Source: Eledone cirrhosa (lineage: Eukaryota). From it: a DNA stretch of 64,000 bases. The DNA is taken from NCBI GenBank assembly GCA_964016885.1, contig OZ024746.1:17236001-17300000 (forward strand), in the 5' to 3' direction. Position numbers and translations under genes: made by a program. This document shows positions 12,501-29,162 of this stretch, in pieces; position 1 is the stretch's first letter; the number at the start of each line of letters is the position of its first letter. The notes under the pieces are model-generated. The model searched no databases. It worked only from the letters and a program-made list of their open reading frames with translations, and was not told where the DNA came from.

Positions 12501-13766
12501 CGCCAATTGCAACCCTGAGCGCCTCTTTGATCTCCATGTGTCTAACACACGTGGACATGCCTACAAGATCAGAAAACAGCACAGCTCCCATGACTTTCGT
12601 AGACATTTTTTCACGCTCAGAGTTGCTGAAGCATGGAACAAACTGCCTGCGTCAATTGTTAACTGCCGAGACACTGCATCCTTTAAGACACTCATGCTTC
12701 CCGAAATACGCCAAAACTACACCTGATGTACCCCTTCCATACACATGCACACATGTGTGTATCATGACTCGTGCACTGTTCATTTTACTGATGTTTGTGC
12801 ATTGCCCTATGTACTGTACATGCACTTTTTTGATGAGTTGTGGTGCACCTGGGCACTGTACACAATATTTCATTATTGTTATTATTATTATATCATGACT
12901 CATACACTGTTCATTTTCCTGACATTTGTACATTATTCTATGTACTATACATGCACCTTTGATGAGTTGTAGTGCACCTGAGCACTGTACACAATAATTT
13001 TGTTCGTTATTATTATTATGTGTTGATGAAGGTTGTATATTCAATATTAAAATGGTCAAGTGTGTCTTGAGTGTAAATGCTCATGTGGCATTAATCAACT
13101 GAAAATACAAGACTAAACTCCTGGATGAGATGCTGTTCATTGTAATGTTAGCCTTCAGCTGCTGCTTGACTGAAGCAATGTGAAATGAAGTGCCTTGCTC
13201 AAGGATACAATATGCTGCCTGGTTCAAAGTTTAAAATGATGAATGATAAGGTGGACGAGTGAAAAGAGTGGATTAATACAATCAATATCTGGTTCTCACA
13301 TATATACTGTCTACCATTGCAAACAAGGCTGGTTGAAAATCTCAGCATCAGTTGTTTGTAATAACTGTATGGTCATGATGCTGTGAATTCGCTGGTTGAA
13401 GCCAGCTGAATGCATCCCTAGGGAACATGAACAGAAGTCAAAATGCTTCTAACCACAAAGCTATATGCCTTCACATAACTCTTAGTTACCATTATTTGTA
13501 ATGAAAGACACTACCTATGATTTTTAAATAATTTTGAAGATAATCAAAAACTAACTTTTTAAAATTATTAATCTGGTATCTGGAGTAAAACATAAACAAA
13601 AGTTCTTATATATATATATATATAAGAATGAAACTATTTCAATGTTGATACTTTCTTTTACATTTATTTATAGTTACCAAAAATTCCTGGACCAATGGAT
13701 TTGTATGACAAAATCAAAGTAGAATTAGACAAATACAAGAAAAGCAAGCCTGGACCTGGAAGTTAA
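9557..13766 (+). CDS. STMP1: Short transmembrane mitochondrial protein 1-like microprotein, 53 aa, 3 exons
   Basis: Exons 9557-9571 (GCACC-ATG, MLGKL|gtaag), 12002-12055 (ISFAVGFYVGAYADQYYS|gtaag) and 13674-13766 (LPKIPGPMDLYDKIKVELDKYKKSKPGPGS*); all phase 0; AATAAA 13920-13925. Resembles human STMP1/C7orf73 (F..G..VG.Y..Q.Y..P pattern, basic tail). Confidence 0.85.
10295..10560 (+). mobile_element. CRE/RLE-type LINE C-terminal fragment in STMP1 intron 1
   Basis: Frameshifted K.SKYRSL...AVETSG.LG...WLFQRISLTIFRGNA, the typical RLE C-terminus. Confidence 0.7.
11080..11460 (+). mobile_element. Degenerate RTE 3' fragment
   Basis: Similar to the RTE 3' region (GATGTGCAATGTTAGTGTG, GGAAGACATGGGCAGAAGTGGTG). 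Confidence 0.65.
12320..13020 (+). mobile_element. CR1-clade LINE 3' end with a duplicated 3' UTR/(ATT)n tail
   Basis: IDLLETVQRRATK...LRRLAMDL...TRGHAYK...FFTLRVAEAWNKLP; the 3' terminal ~125 bp occurs twice (12763-12890 and 12893-13020). Confidence 0.9.
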
Positions 13767-14704
13767 TTGGAATTCAGCTTAGTTCAGCACATTTTAAAGT
13801 AATCAATTAAAATGAAAAAAAAAAAAAAAACCAGTTCAATGAACTGGCCTATGTGTTGGCTCGGTTTCAATTTTAATCAGTTTGATTTTGTGGCGTTTCT
13901 ATAACTGTGATATTATATGAATAAATTAAAGATTGTCTTAATGCATATTTTTGTTCATTTTGTATATATTGAACTCTGCTGATGGTTTTCATTGTCGGTA
14001 ATGGCTACGTATTGCTTGTAAAACGAGTTTGATTTGTATGTATTATGCAACTCTGTTTTTGTCATGTACATAACTACCTTGGTTGAGAGCTTCGACACAT
14101 TTTTCAAACCATTTCGTTTTAACTGCCAATAGTGTGCTTTTTTCTAATGATGGAATTCTACTGCCTTCCTATTTAGAATGTCATGTGATGCTATCACAGT
14201 GTGAAACTGCTACCACTGACATAGTGGGGTTAAGTTTTGACTCTGCCGGTATCTCAGACAAATTCCCTAGCTAGTATAAGAACTGAACTCAACAAAATGT
14301 TTCACCTCATCGGACTTGGCTACGTGTTGATTGTAAAATTGATTTTGGAAATACCGGGCGGTTTCTATGTGTGATGTTTGCTAATGCATCAACTACACAG
14401 GACGCAGTGTTGAAACTACAGTTCAGAGCATTCTTGTTTTGACACTAATCCATTTATCCACTAAGTAACGTATTGTGTCCACTCTGATTTGCAGAATCGT
14501 ATTTACAACATATATTTTTTGTAAACTCACTGAGTAAGTGGATTGTGGTGAAGCTAAACGAAACCTAATTGTATAGCTCGTTATAATTAATGTATATATA
14601 TATATATATATATACAATTCAAAATGTAAGAAAACTAAGGATAGTATTATTGTTTATTTATATATTGCTACAGACATTTCAATGCAGATAGAATATCCTA
14701 TCCT

Positions 14705-15045
14705 ATGGAGGCACATGGCTTAGTGGTTAGAGCATTGGCCTTGCAATCCAAAGATTGTGATTTCAATTCTCAGACCAGGTGATGTGTTGTTTCCTTGAGC
14801 AAGACACTTTATTTCACATTGCTCCAGTTTGCTCAGCTGTAGAAATGAGATGATAGGGACTGGGGTCCATATCATTCCACTGCAAAGTGGGCGTGGAGGT
14901 GCCAAGACAAAAAAGCACCCAGCACTCACTGTAAATGAGGTTGGTGTTAGGAAGGGCATCCAGCTGTAGAAATCAAGCCAGAATCAGTTCCCGTCCCACC
15001 CTTGCAAACAGGGAAAAAGCGGACGTAAAATGAAATGATGATGAT
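14705..15045 (+). mobile_element. tRNA-derived SINE with RTE-derived 3' tail
   Basis: A-box TGGCTTAGTGG and B-box-like GATTTCAATTC; the tail CCCGTCCCACCCTTGCAA...GCGGACGTAAAATG matches the RTE 3' end at about 6098-6150; the 3' half is nearly identical to 46190-46350. Confidence 0.75.
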
Positions 15046-16808
15046 CCATTTGTGGAGAAAATTGGATATTACCAGTTATTTGCTCCATTATAGGTGCTCT
15101 ACTCAAACCATATCTCTTCAGGAAATCATCATCACCAGTTAACGTCCATTTTTCAAGCTAGCATGGGTTAGAGGAGTTATCCTGTAGTCAGTAATGACAG
15201 GTCAGGTGACCATGACTCGCTCATAAAGAACTGATTTTGGCTTGGTTTCTACAGCTGGATGTCATTCCTAACGTCAACCACATTTCCAGGAGAACAGTGT
15301 GGGAGTTTTCCCTAAGATTTTTTTCATGTGTTAACGAATATGACCTCCAACCCAGTCGGAAACGACTAGATTTGTAGAAAAAAGACCATCAGAGTTTTGT
15401 AGATCTACACACCTCTTGCATTTGGTGGGAAATAATTATATTTCCTCGATTTTTCTCTGGAGATCTTTTTTCCCAGATTTGGGTTAGGTTTAGGGTTAGT
15501 GTTATTATTAAGGTTAGTTTTAGGGTTAGGGTTTTCGTTTTCCGATATATATATATATCAATGTTAGAAAAAACAAACAAGGCATGATTAGAAAAACATT
15601 TTGTTATACATTCTAAAACGTGTTTCATCATCGAGTTACGTCACAGTGCCTGTAAGAGCTGTGTAAAGATATTAACTGCTCCAATCACACTTTTGCATTA
15701 CATAGTTACTCAATGAATCTTCAGAGAATAAATACAATATTTAGAATTTCCAGTGAAACTAGGATCGAAGAAAAGAGGAAGAATTGGTAAGTTAAACCTA
15801 TGGGCTTCCAGCAATTTTTGGTACTTTCTAAATAAGATATGCTGTAAAATAGTTGATCTATAGATCAAATGGGATCATATAAGTGATGGGATAGGCTATT
15901 GTGGTAAAAAATAAAGAGGTCGTAAATTCATTAATTTTAGTGGTATCAGCTTGACAGTTAGATAAGGATGATGCAAAAATGGTGGAATTAGCGTCACTCG
16001 TCTATGTAATAAAACTGGTTATTAGAAAGACATAAGAAATAGAGAAAAACGGGGGTAAAATAATAGGTTCTAATCATGGATTAGCAAGAATTATAAGTAT
16101 CCAGTGTGAGCTGGAGATGATCATCTGTTCAAAAATACTTATCAAGCCATTATGTCCCCACCCACCCTTGAGTCTTTCCCTATTTACAGTGCTTCTATTA
16201 TTGAAAAATTTAGTCTTCTCTGAATAAAACGAGATGCTCCCTTGATTTAATTCGTAATTCTTATGAAAATCATTTCGAAAAATGCCCTGTGTGTATATCC
16301 AGTAATTATAATTAAAAAAATAGAAATATAAAATTATACTGAAGCGAAAACCAAACTAAACAATGAGTGTGTTTTACTATTTTTTCTGGCAATATTAGGA
16401 CAACATGACCCTCCCCAAATGTAACAATATCTGTTTCAACGCTCGATTTCATATCAAAAACTTTGCAGAACAAATATATCGTCGTTAATAAAAAAAAAAA
16501 AATCTTTTCATATTAAAGTCATTTAGAGGGAGAGCATAAATCGACTCGGTACTTGACTGGCACAGGATAAAAGCCACAGTTGATCTCGATCTATTTGAAC
16601 TCAGAACGTAAAGCACCGTAACTAAATACTGCAAGGCAATTTTTGTTCGACGCTCTACTGATTATGATTAATTAATTTGCTCCACCTTGTCATAAAATAC
16701 TTGAAGGGAATATTTCCTGTTACACCGGTCAAAAATGTTTTCACGTTGACTTTCAAACTTGTGTTGATATTTTTAATCATTAATCTCTTACATTTATGCT
16801 AAACGAAA

Positions 16809-20684
<3,876 letters not shown>

Positions 20685-21370
20685 TTAATATATATATATA
20701 TATATATCTTCTTGTTTTCTTTTACTGGTTTCAGTCATTAGACAGTGGCCGTGCTGGGACACTGTTTTGGTGGTGTCTCTTCTATCACTACTACAATGGT
20801 CTCTTGCCCCCTTCACTCACTTGTCTCTCCTCTTCCCATCACCCACATTGTGTCCAACCCAGAGTCCTTCTTGTCTCTCCTCTCATCCCTCATTGGACAG
20901 AAAAGGGGAAGTCAGAACACTGGCAGGCAGTGGCCTAAAAGTCGTTCCACTTCATGTAAAAGTTGAGAGTATTTATATTAACAATTTCACTTAGTTCCAC
21001 ACTACCAGTGGGTTCAAGGCAACGTCTAAATCATTGATGCATTGGAGAAAAATAAAACAAGATGTAGAATAGAGTTTGAGGTCTATTGCTGTTGGTTCAG
21101 GCCATGTGGGTGGTATTGATAACTCAGCAGCAACATTGGGTCATTGGTGTGAGACTGTCATCATCATCATTTAACGTCCATTTTTCCATACTAGCATGGG
21201 TTAGACAAGTTGTCCCTTTATGAGACAAGTCAGATCAGCTGTTTCTAGCTTAGTTTCTATGAACTGATGCCCTTCCTAACACCAACCATATTTACAGTGC
21301 GGACTGGGTGCTTTTTTTGTCGTGTGTATTATATATACCTATTTCATTGAAATGTTATAGTTTGTCTTTG

Positions 21371-21410
<40 letters not shown>

Positions 21411-21499
21411 GAAGAAATAAATACATACAAATTTATCAATTATTTAATAAAGTAAATAATAATATAATAAATTTATTAGTTGGTGTGCTTTGGATATAT

Positions 21500-24400
21500 T
21501 TATGATAAACACATACTTTCAAAACTTGCTGAATTCTTTGATGATTGTCTATAAACCAAGATATCTTCCCGGCACTGGCTCAAGACTTCCAGTTCATGAG
21601 GACTGAGTGTACAGTAACTGACATTTATCCACTTTAAAGACTGTTTCTTCTTCAACAGTTCTTCCAAACTTTTACCACTGAGCATTGTACAATGTGCAAC
21701 ATTCACCCTCTGCAGCATAAGGGCTGAGTTGACCAGGTAATAGATCCCACTGTCTGTACAGCTGACCCTGGAAAACTCAAAAGTTTCCAGGTGTGTCAGG
21801 TTATCACAAACTACTTTTAGACCAACGTCTGTCACACGATAGCAGTAATTGATGCAAAGTTTCTTCAAGAATCGAAAAGCAGATATATCCTTCATGTCTA
21901 AATCATCCACCCGTGTTGTCATCGATAAATTCAATGTCTGAAGGTTTGGAATGTGGTTCTGTAGTCCACAGAACCAGTTGGGTGTCCACATACAACCCTT
22001 AACTGTTAAATGAACTAGGGAAGGCATTAGCTTGTTACCATCAATATGATGTACATTAACTGATTTTAAGTTCAAATTACTGAGATTTGGACAGCGGTTA
22101 CTCAAGTCTTCCAGGAATTTATTGGAGATCACCTTACAGTTCCATTTTATGGGGCTTCCTAGAAGAAAACAAAAATGTTATTGTCTAAGATGAAGAATTA
22201 TCATTATGAAAAAAAAAAAGATAATGGTTTAACCCTCTTCATATCAGCCCACTTAAAGCTGTCACTCTGCTGGTTTTAAAATGTTCATATTTAAATCTGA
22301 ATCTTCCATCATAATCTTATGAAATATTTGTTAAATTATGTTCCAAACATCAGCTTAATAATGAAAAAGTTATTTTAATAGATTCCCCAAAACTAATTAA
22401 AACACATAAGCAATGTATTTTATTAGAAATATAAGAAAAGGGTTAAGGGTCTACTAAATGTCATATAAGTGGAAGAACACCAGGGAAGAGGATGACCTGG
22501 GTAGAAGTGGCTAAAGCTGTTCTTCGGATGCTAAACCTCACAAAGGAATACAAGTGGTGAGATGCTGTTTGAGAAAGGACTAGTCCAACCCATGGAAAAG
22601 CAGACATAAAAATTATGATAAATTTAGCCTCCCAATAATAAGGACTTCTAATTTAGGCGCCAAGCCACCAATTTTGGAGGAAGGTAAAGTCGATTATTTT
22701 ATCAACTTCTGAAGGATGAAAGACTAAGTTGTATGTAAAACAGAAGTGCAACTTATCTACTGGTCAAAATATCTGGTACAATGTAGGTGTTATATGTAAA
22801 ATACAGGTGTGACTTACATACAGGTCATCACCATCATTATCATACAGGTAAATATGATATATTATACAAAAAACAGGACTTTATGAAATAAAACTGACAA
22901 ACTTACTAGAATTTTTCCGGTATCCCTGCACTTTAAGACACTGAAGTGAACTGTGGAAATGAGCTTTCATCAAGATTTTCATATCTTTCAGATCACAAGA
23001 ATAGTTTCGAACATCGACTGTTCGCCATAAAACTGGGTCATTCGATATTTTCTTCCATCTTCGACATACACTTCAATAAATGAACAGAAATATTTATGAT
23101 GAAATAAAAGACTGTAGTATTTTGATGGAATCTGTAGGTGTGGCTGTAAATATTAAGGCAACTCTACAGTGCAGGTATGACTAAATATTCAGGTAACTGT
23201 TACAATGCAGGTGTGACTGTAAATATTAAGGCAACTGTTATAATGCAGGTGTGACTGTAAATATTAAGGCAACTGTTACAGTGCAGGTGTGACTGTAAAT
23301 ATTAAGGCAACTGTTATAATGCAGGTGTGACTAAATATTAGGGCAACTGTTATAATGCAGGTGTGACTAAATATTAGGGCAACTGTTATAATGCAGGTGT
23401 GACTAAATATTAAGGTAACAAAATTGGGTGAAGAATGAGAAAGAGGTGAGGTTGAGTGGAGAAGAGGAAGAAAAACAATGAGAGATAATGTTACCTGGAA
23501 AATATTTATTAGTCCCTATATTTTGGATGTTCCATCCATTATCAATATAACAGGAGAATGTTGGAAAGAACTTTTCTATGCCTCTCGCTGATTCATGTAA
23601 TATTTATTTCAAGCCATTAAGTTAAGAGAGGCTAAAAATGGCAGCAATAGCAAGGTTTCAAGCCTTACCTAATGTTACTAAATGAACTGTGGCAATAATC
23701 AGTCCCCTCTTCTCCACTCAACCTCATCTTTCTCATTTCATACCTGATTTTGTTACCTTAATAGTTACAACTCCATTTGTCTTGTAGCAGCTTCCAAAAC
23801 ATAACCACTTTTATGTTGAAATGTTATATTATAGATATATGTACATTTGTAGTGCTGGTGTCATAATAAAAAGCATATAGTCCACCCTGTAGTGCTGGTG
23901 CTATGACAAAAAGCACCCAGTCCACCATATAAGATGATAGTGCTGGTACCATGACAAAAAGCATGAAGTACACCCTATAAGGTGGTAGTGTTGGTGGTAC
24001 AACAAAAAGCACTAAGTCCATCCTATCAGGTGGTAATACTGGTGCCACAACAAAAGGCACATAGTCCACTCAAAAAAGTGTTGGGTTTAGGAATTATTGA
24101 TGTTTTACAAAATCATATCTAATACTTAGTAGTGCTGATTCAACAATAAAATGCATCCAACCCTACCTTGTTAAATGGTAATGCTTGTGTCATGATGAAA
24201 AGCACCCAGTCCACCTTGTAAGGTAGCAGTGCTGGAGCCACGACAAAATATTCCCAATGGAACATTTTTCCAAGCCGAAAGAGTTATGTTATATCCCTGA
24301 TTCTGTAGGAGTATTTTATAGCAAAAGATTCACATATAAGGTCATTCTAATAGAAACATTGATATCAACAACCTACACCATCACTACTCTAATGATATAT

Positions 24401-25579
24401 GACTCATGGTCCCAGAGGACAGAATAGTGAAAACGCTCCCCCTGGTAGATAGCGAAGGGTGTGTGTTAAAATATAGACATTCCAATTCATGAAGGTTCTC
24501 TCTGGTGGGTGGCCAACTCTGCATAGATAGCAGTGAAGTGGTTCAGAGACCGAAAACACCAGAAGTCTACACTGCTACAGATTTGACAGGAAAGCAGTTC
24601 ACTTCATGGAGTTTATTCCTGCACGTGACCAACTCTGCCCCGATAACAGTGAGTAGGGCGGTGGTCCATGGATCCATAACCCCAGAAGTCTCCACCGCCG
24701 CTATAAGGTGAATGACAAACTTATAGGAAAGCAGTCGATACTTCCATAGATTGAGATCTTCAGCTTGGCAGGTAGCAAAACATGGGCCACGCACCGAAAA
24801 CACTTGAGTTATTAGTGGTTGCTACATGTGTCACATAGAGTGGAGGGTTCAGCACACAATACCCCAGGGTACTAGTGGTTACCACAGTGTTGCTACGTAT
24901 GTGGAAGACCCACCACCGTGATTGTTGTATTCTTTGCAAAATGCAGATCATACTCTTGAATTTAATATGTTTTGACCATTTAAAAATGACATTTACCATA
25001 CATTTAAATTTCAATATAACTGCACGTTACTTAGGCATTCCATGTGTGTGCGCGTGAATCAGTTCTAGAAAAACCTCCGGAGAGCTGGACAGCAGGTCAT
25101 CAAAGAAACCCTACTCAAGCAAGTGTTTCGGCCCTTAACTTATATATATATAACAAAAGGAATTGTGGTAAGGAACCAGATGGACCATAACGCACCAGAG
25201 TACTCAATACTTAGGGTAGCAGAGTGGGAAAGAGGAAAAAGTATGACCTCGACGGCAGAGCTCAAGCCGTTTCGACGGCTATTTCTTGAGCTCTGCCGTC
25301 GGGGCCATACGTTTTCCTATATATATATATATAGAGAGAGAGAGAGACTAACATGGTAGTTGTTAAGAGAACTTTTCTTCAATATATGACCAACCAATTT
25401 GACAGAGAGAAAATAAAAAACAGAGTCGTGTGGTAAATAAAATAAAAGCAAGCTGAGAAAAATATTAAAGTAGAAACTTACGCTGCACAAATACAAAGGG
25501 ATTTCACTGGGAGGTTCTGAAAAATGGTGAGAATTAATGAGTCTGGAAGATATCCAAAAAGACATACTTCCGATGCCAT
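21500..25579 (-). CDS. FBXL12: F-box/LRR-repeat protein 12-like, 306 aa, 3 coding exons
   Basis: Exons 25579-25482 (MASEVCLFGYLPDSLILTIFQNLPVKSLCICA), 23070-22907 (VCRRWKKISNDPVLWRTVDV...QGY) and 22158-21500 (CPNL, LRRs); 921 nt in frame. F-box LPDS...VC.RWK...LWR.VD as in FBXL12. Confidence 0.85.
23150..23417. repeat. Minisatellite, 37-39 bp unit, about 7 copies
   Basis: Repeated AATGCAGGTGTGACT(GT)AAATATTAAGGCAACTGTTAT. Confidence 0.9.
24520..24900 (-). mobile_element. Decayed CRE/RLE-type LINE C-terminal fragment
   Basis: AEDLNLWKYRLLSYKFVIHLIAAVETSGVMD, homologous to the AVETSG motif of 10295-10560. Confidence 0.6.
25152..25320. repeat. Foldback element (GAGTACTC family) in (TA)n
   Basis: CAGAGTACTCAATACTT...GAGTG leader plus hairpin CGACGGCAGAGCTCAAG / CTTGAGCTCTGCCGTCG; same architecture as 17480-17660. 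Confidence 0.8.
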
Positions 25580-26574
25580 ATCATTGGGAATGAAGCTATC
25601 ACTTGTAAATATATTGTAAATAGTATCTATCAGCTAGTAGCTACTATATATTAGTGTAGATAGATTGTGAATAGTATCTATCAGTTAGTAGCTATTATAT
25701 ATTAATATAAATAGTATCTATCAGTTAGTAGCTACTATATAATAATGTAAATATATAGTAAATACTATCAATTAATAATTCCTATATACTAGTATGTGTG
25801 TATATATATATATATATATCAGTTAATACCAGCTGGCAGCTAGTGTATATATTGGTATAAATATATAGTAGGTACTATCAGCAGGTAGCTAGTATATAAT
25901 AGCGTAAATAGAAGAGGTCTCTCCATTGTACACAACTCCACATGGTCTTACATATGTTGTTGTTTTCACTTATTCCATCAATTCAAACTACCTCCTCATT
26001 AAATTAACGTCTGTATAAACGACTGAGTATTATTGTTATTCGACACACACGCATACTCTTTAACGTAATTCTCAGGGAGATTCAGCACGACTCAATGTAT
26101 AACAAAGTCGGGTTTTTTTTCCAGAAATTTGTATAAACACCTTCACTTCTTCGTATTCGTGGTTTAAATCCCACCGAGGTCAACTTTGGCCTTTCATCCT
26201 TCTTTGGTTTCCGATGGAGTATATAATAACAATCAGATTCCAAGGGATCGATTCCTCTATCTCCCGGTGTTCCGGTTTTTCAATCAACTCAATTATCGAT
26301 TCGTTAAATCTATATGTAAATGGCTGGCTGTGTATTACACATATACGAGTATCCCTTAACGTAGTTCCCAACCAGAACCAGTGACACAATATATATATAT
26401 ATATATGTGTGTTGTGACAGGTACACAAACAGTCTATTTAACGGTCATCTTCCACTTGACAATGATAACAATGATCAAATCAGGAAGCGGTGTAAAATTC
26501 CGTACTTTTATTTTTAACTTAATTTTCACTTTTAACCATTTTCATTTAAACTTTTCAAACTAAACTCTCTTTCT

Positions 26575-26608
<34 letters not shown>

Positions 26609-26671
26609 CTTTCGTTTCTTAACAATCCTTGTCCTCTCTTTTGTCGTTTTAATTTTTATTAACTACTATCA

Positions 26672-26679
26672 ACTTCCGG
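26672..26679 (-). promoter_or_regulatory. ETS/GABP-type CCGGAAGT motif, candidate FBXL12 promoter
   Basis: Exact motif about 1.1 kb upstream of the ATG in non-repetitive sequence; function is inferred only. Confidence 0.3.
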
Positions 26680-26764
26680 TACTGTGAAATGTGGGAGAGG
26701 AGAGGTTGATGATAGCTGCCCATCTTACTGAAATATCAGGTATTGACTATATATATATATATTT

Positions 26765-27897
26765 ACATATCAGGATTAAACCAATATTAAACTAATTAGA
26801 CAATAATTCAACAGAGTACTCGACACTTGGAATAGTAGAGTGTGATTTCTTTTAGCTGTTAACATAATTTTATTCATATTTGCAAAATAACATTACAAAT
26901 TGTTCACAATTCTTTCAGAATAAAAATATAAACACATATAATAAATACAACTATTTCTAGGAACCTCACAAATATAATGCACCAAAATATACAATCAGAG
27001 CGCGAGAAAGAAAAGAAAAGAAGTGTGGGGGGGGGGGGGGTAAACGGAATGAGAAACGACCACCAAGTGCGACAATCGGCCGCACATCATAAGGGTCAAA
27101 GGCAATTTTTGAGGGAAGTTAACATGCTCGTAGTATTACCACGGGTGATGGCGTGGCTAAGGCGCTGAAACATCCAGGAAGCCTCACCTGACACCTCATT
27201 CAGGCGAGCCGACAACAATGACAAGGACCTCGCTGTCACCAGCCCGGCTCCACCAAACGACTCGAACGTCTCAGGCTCGAAAAAATAATTGTTTGATAGT
27301 TCCAGGTAGTTTCGGATTTTATTCTATTCGGCAACAGAAGCAGTGACTCTCACATTTACCACAGCATCCATGATGTTTGGGAAGCAAAAGAATCACTAAC
27401 TGTGACGTCCCAGATGAGCCATCTGCTTCTTACCCAGAGACAAAGAGTAAAGCCGTCTGGTCTCTTCCCATCACTTCTGGATAATCCAGCCAGCTCCAGA
27501 ACTGAGGGGATATTTACCTGAGCTTGGGCGCGCTTGATGGCTAGGTTTAGCTCGGTGTGGTGGGCGAAACAACCAGCATTCAGGTGGCCGGGTAAATCCT
27601 AGAGGCTTGTAGAGTCGAGGGACCCCCAACAGACATCGGCTCCCACTCCTGACTATTAAGACCACCAATGTTGGCCACAGGCAGAGCATCAGTTCAGTCC
27701 CCCAAGAACTTTGCACTTGTGTGACTATATTAGAAAGAGACTGGGCCCGTTTCTACTAGCCTGAGTCTGGAACTAGCTGTTGAAACAGCAAGAGCTCAGC
27801 CATTTGGGCCCAAACTCTTTCTAATATAGTGACACTCTACTATCCCTAGTATCGAGTACTCTGTTGAATTATGATCTAACTAGTTTAATCTTGATAT
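26765..27897. repeat. Foldback element (GAGTACTC family) split by a LINE insertion
   Basis: Left arm ATTCAACAGAGTACTCGACACTTGGAATAGTAGAGTGT (about 26806-26843) is the inverted copy of ACACTCTACTATCCCTAGTATCGAGTACTCTGTTGAAT (about 27832-27869); (TA)n on both sides. Confidence 0.8.
26846..27718 (-). mobile_element. CRE/RLE-type non-LTR retrotransposon 3' fragment with 6-bp TSD
   Basis: Minus translation HHTELNLAIKRAQAQVNIPSVLELAGLSRSDGKRPDGFTLCLWVRSRWLIWDVTVSDSF...FQRLSHAITRGN; GTGTGA duplicated at 26840-26845 and 27719-27724. Confidence 0.85.
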
Positions 27898-29162
27898 ATA
27901 TATATATATATATTATCAAAGCAATTGGGGGATTTGAAAATGTGGAAATCCCAAACGTAGAAGATATCTGTAACAAATAAATTGATTGCTATAATCAAGT
28001 GAAATATCCCTACAGACAAAACAGAGGCCAGCAATCATACATGCATATTATTATTGTTTTATGTATTATATAATATATATTCTTTTACTAGTTTCTGTTA
28101 GACTATGCCACTTCCTTAAACAATGTAGTAGATCATATCAACCCTGGCATTTTTCTTTTTTTCAAGCCTATTATTTTATTGATTTCTTTTTGTTGAAGTG
28201 CTAAGTTACTAAACGTTATGATGATGAAACACTCAGTAAGCATAGAGGTGTATAAAGATATTTTACGACGGGCTTCCATACAGTTTCTCTCTAGCAAATT
28301 TCACCTATAACCTGAGGTTATAGTAGAAGACACCTAGTTTAGTGTGCTGGGTGTTTTTTATCATGGCACCTGTACTACCACTTTATTGAGTTTACTTCAT
28401 CATGGCATCAGCATTACTACTTTACATAGTGTACTGGGTGCTTTATATTGTGACACAAGCACTACTACTGGGTGTATTTTTTCATAGCACCAGCACTTCC
28501 ACTTTACAGAGTGTACTGTGTGTATTTTATCATGGCACCAGCATTAGGGATGTTGTCAGTCCATAGCTTGACTGCAAAGCTGTCTCTAACCTATCTGGGC
28601 TGTACCTTGTTCAAAAGATAAGAAGGGTGGAATGTATGAAGTTAATGGTGTATGACAATAGGTGGGGCTGGGAAATAATGAGACCCACATTATAGAGCTA
28701 GGCTAGGGCATTATATATCCCGACAGTGACCTAGAAACCTGCAATCCTCATCATCGTTTAACGTCCATTTTCCACGTCAGCATGAGTAGGACACAATATT
28801 GAAGTAAAAAAAACAAACACAATATGAAGTAAACAGCAGATATTTATTTTCAGAAGCATAAATTATCATCAAACAATAAATTGATATCGGCAACAATATG
28901 AAAACCATAAAAATAATGATTGATAAACAATACGCATGGTAAGACATAACAGCACACACAGAGTAAGACATAACTATGTATGTATGTATGTATGTATGTA
29001 TGTGTATATATATATATATAAACACACACATATATATTGTGTGAGGGAGAGAGAAAGATGTTAATGTTGTGTTGTAGATTTATAGGTATAAAAATAACAT
29101 TTAGTGATGAGGTGACTTGATATGTCATGTAGGGTCCTGTGTGTATATATATATAGAGAGAG

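Noticed and set aside
14705-14780. tRNA-like sequence with A/B boxes
   Set aside because: No complete cloverleaf; continues into a SINE body and RTE tail.
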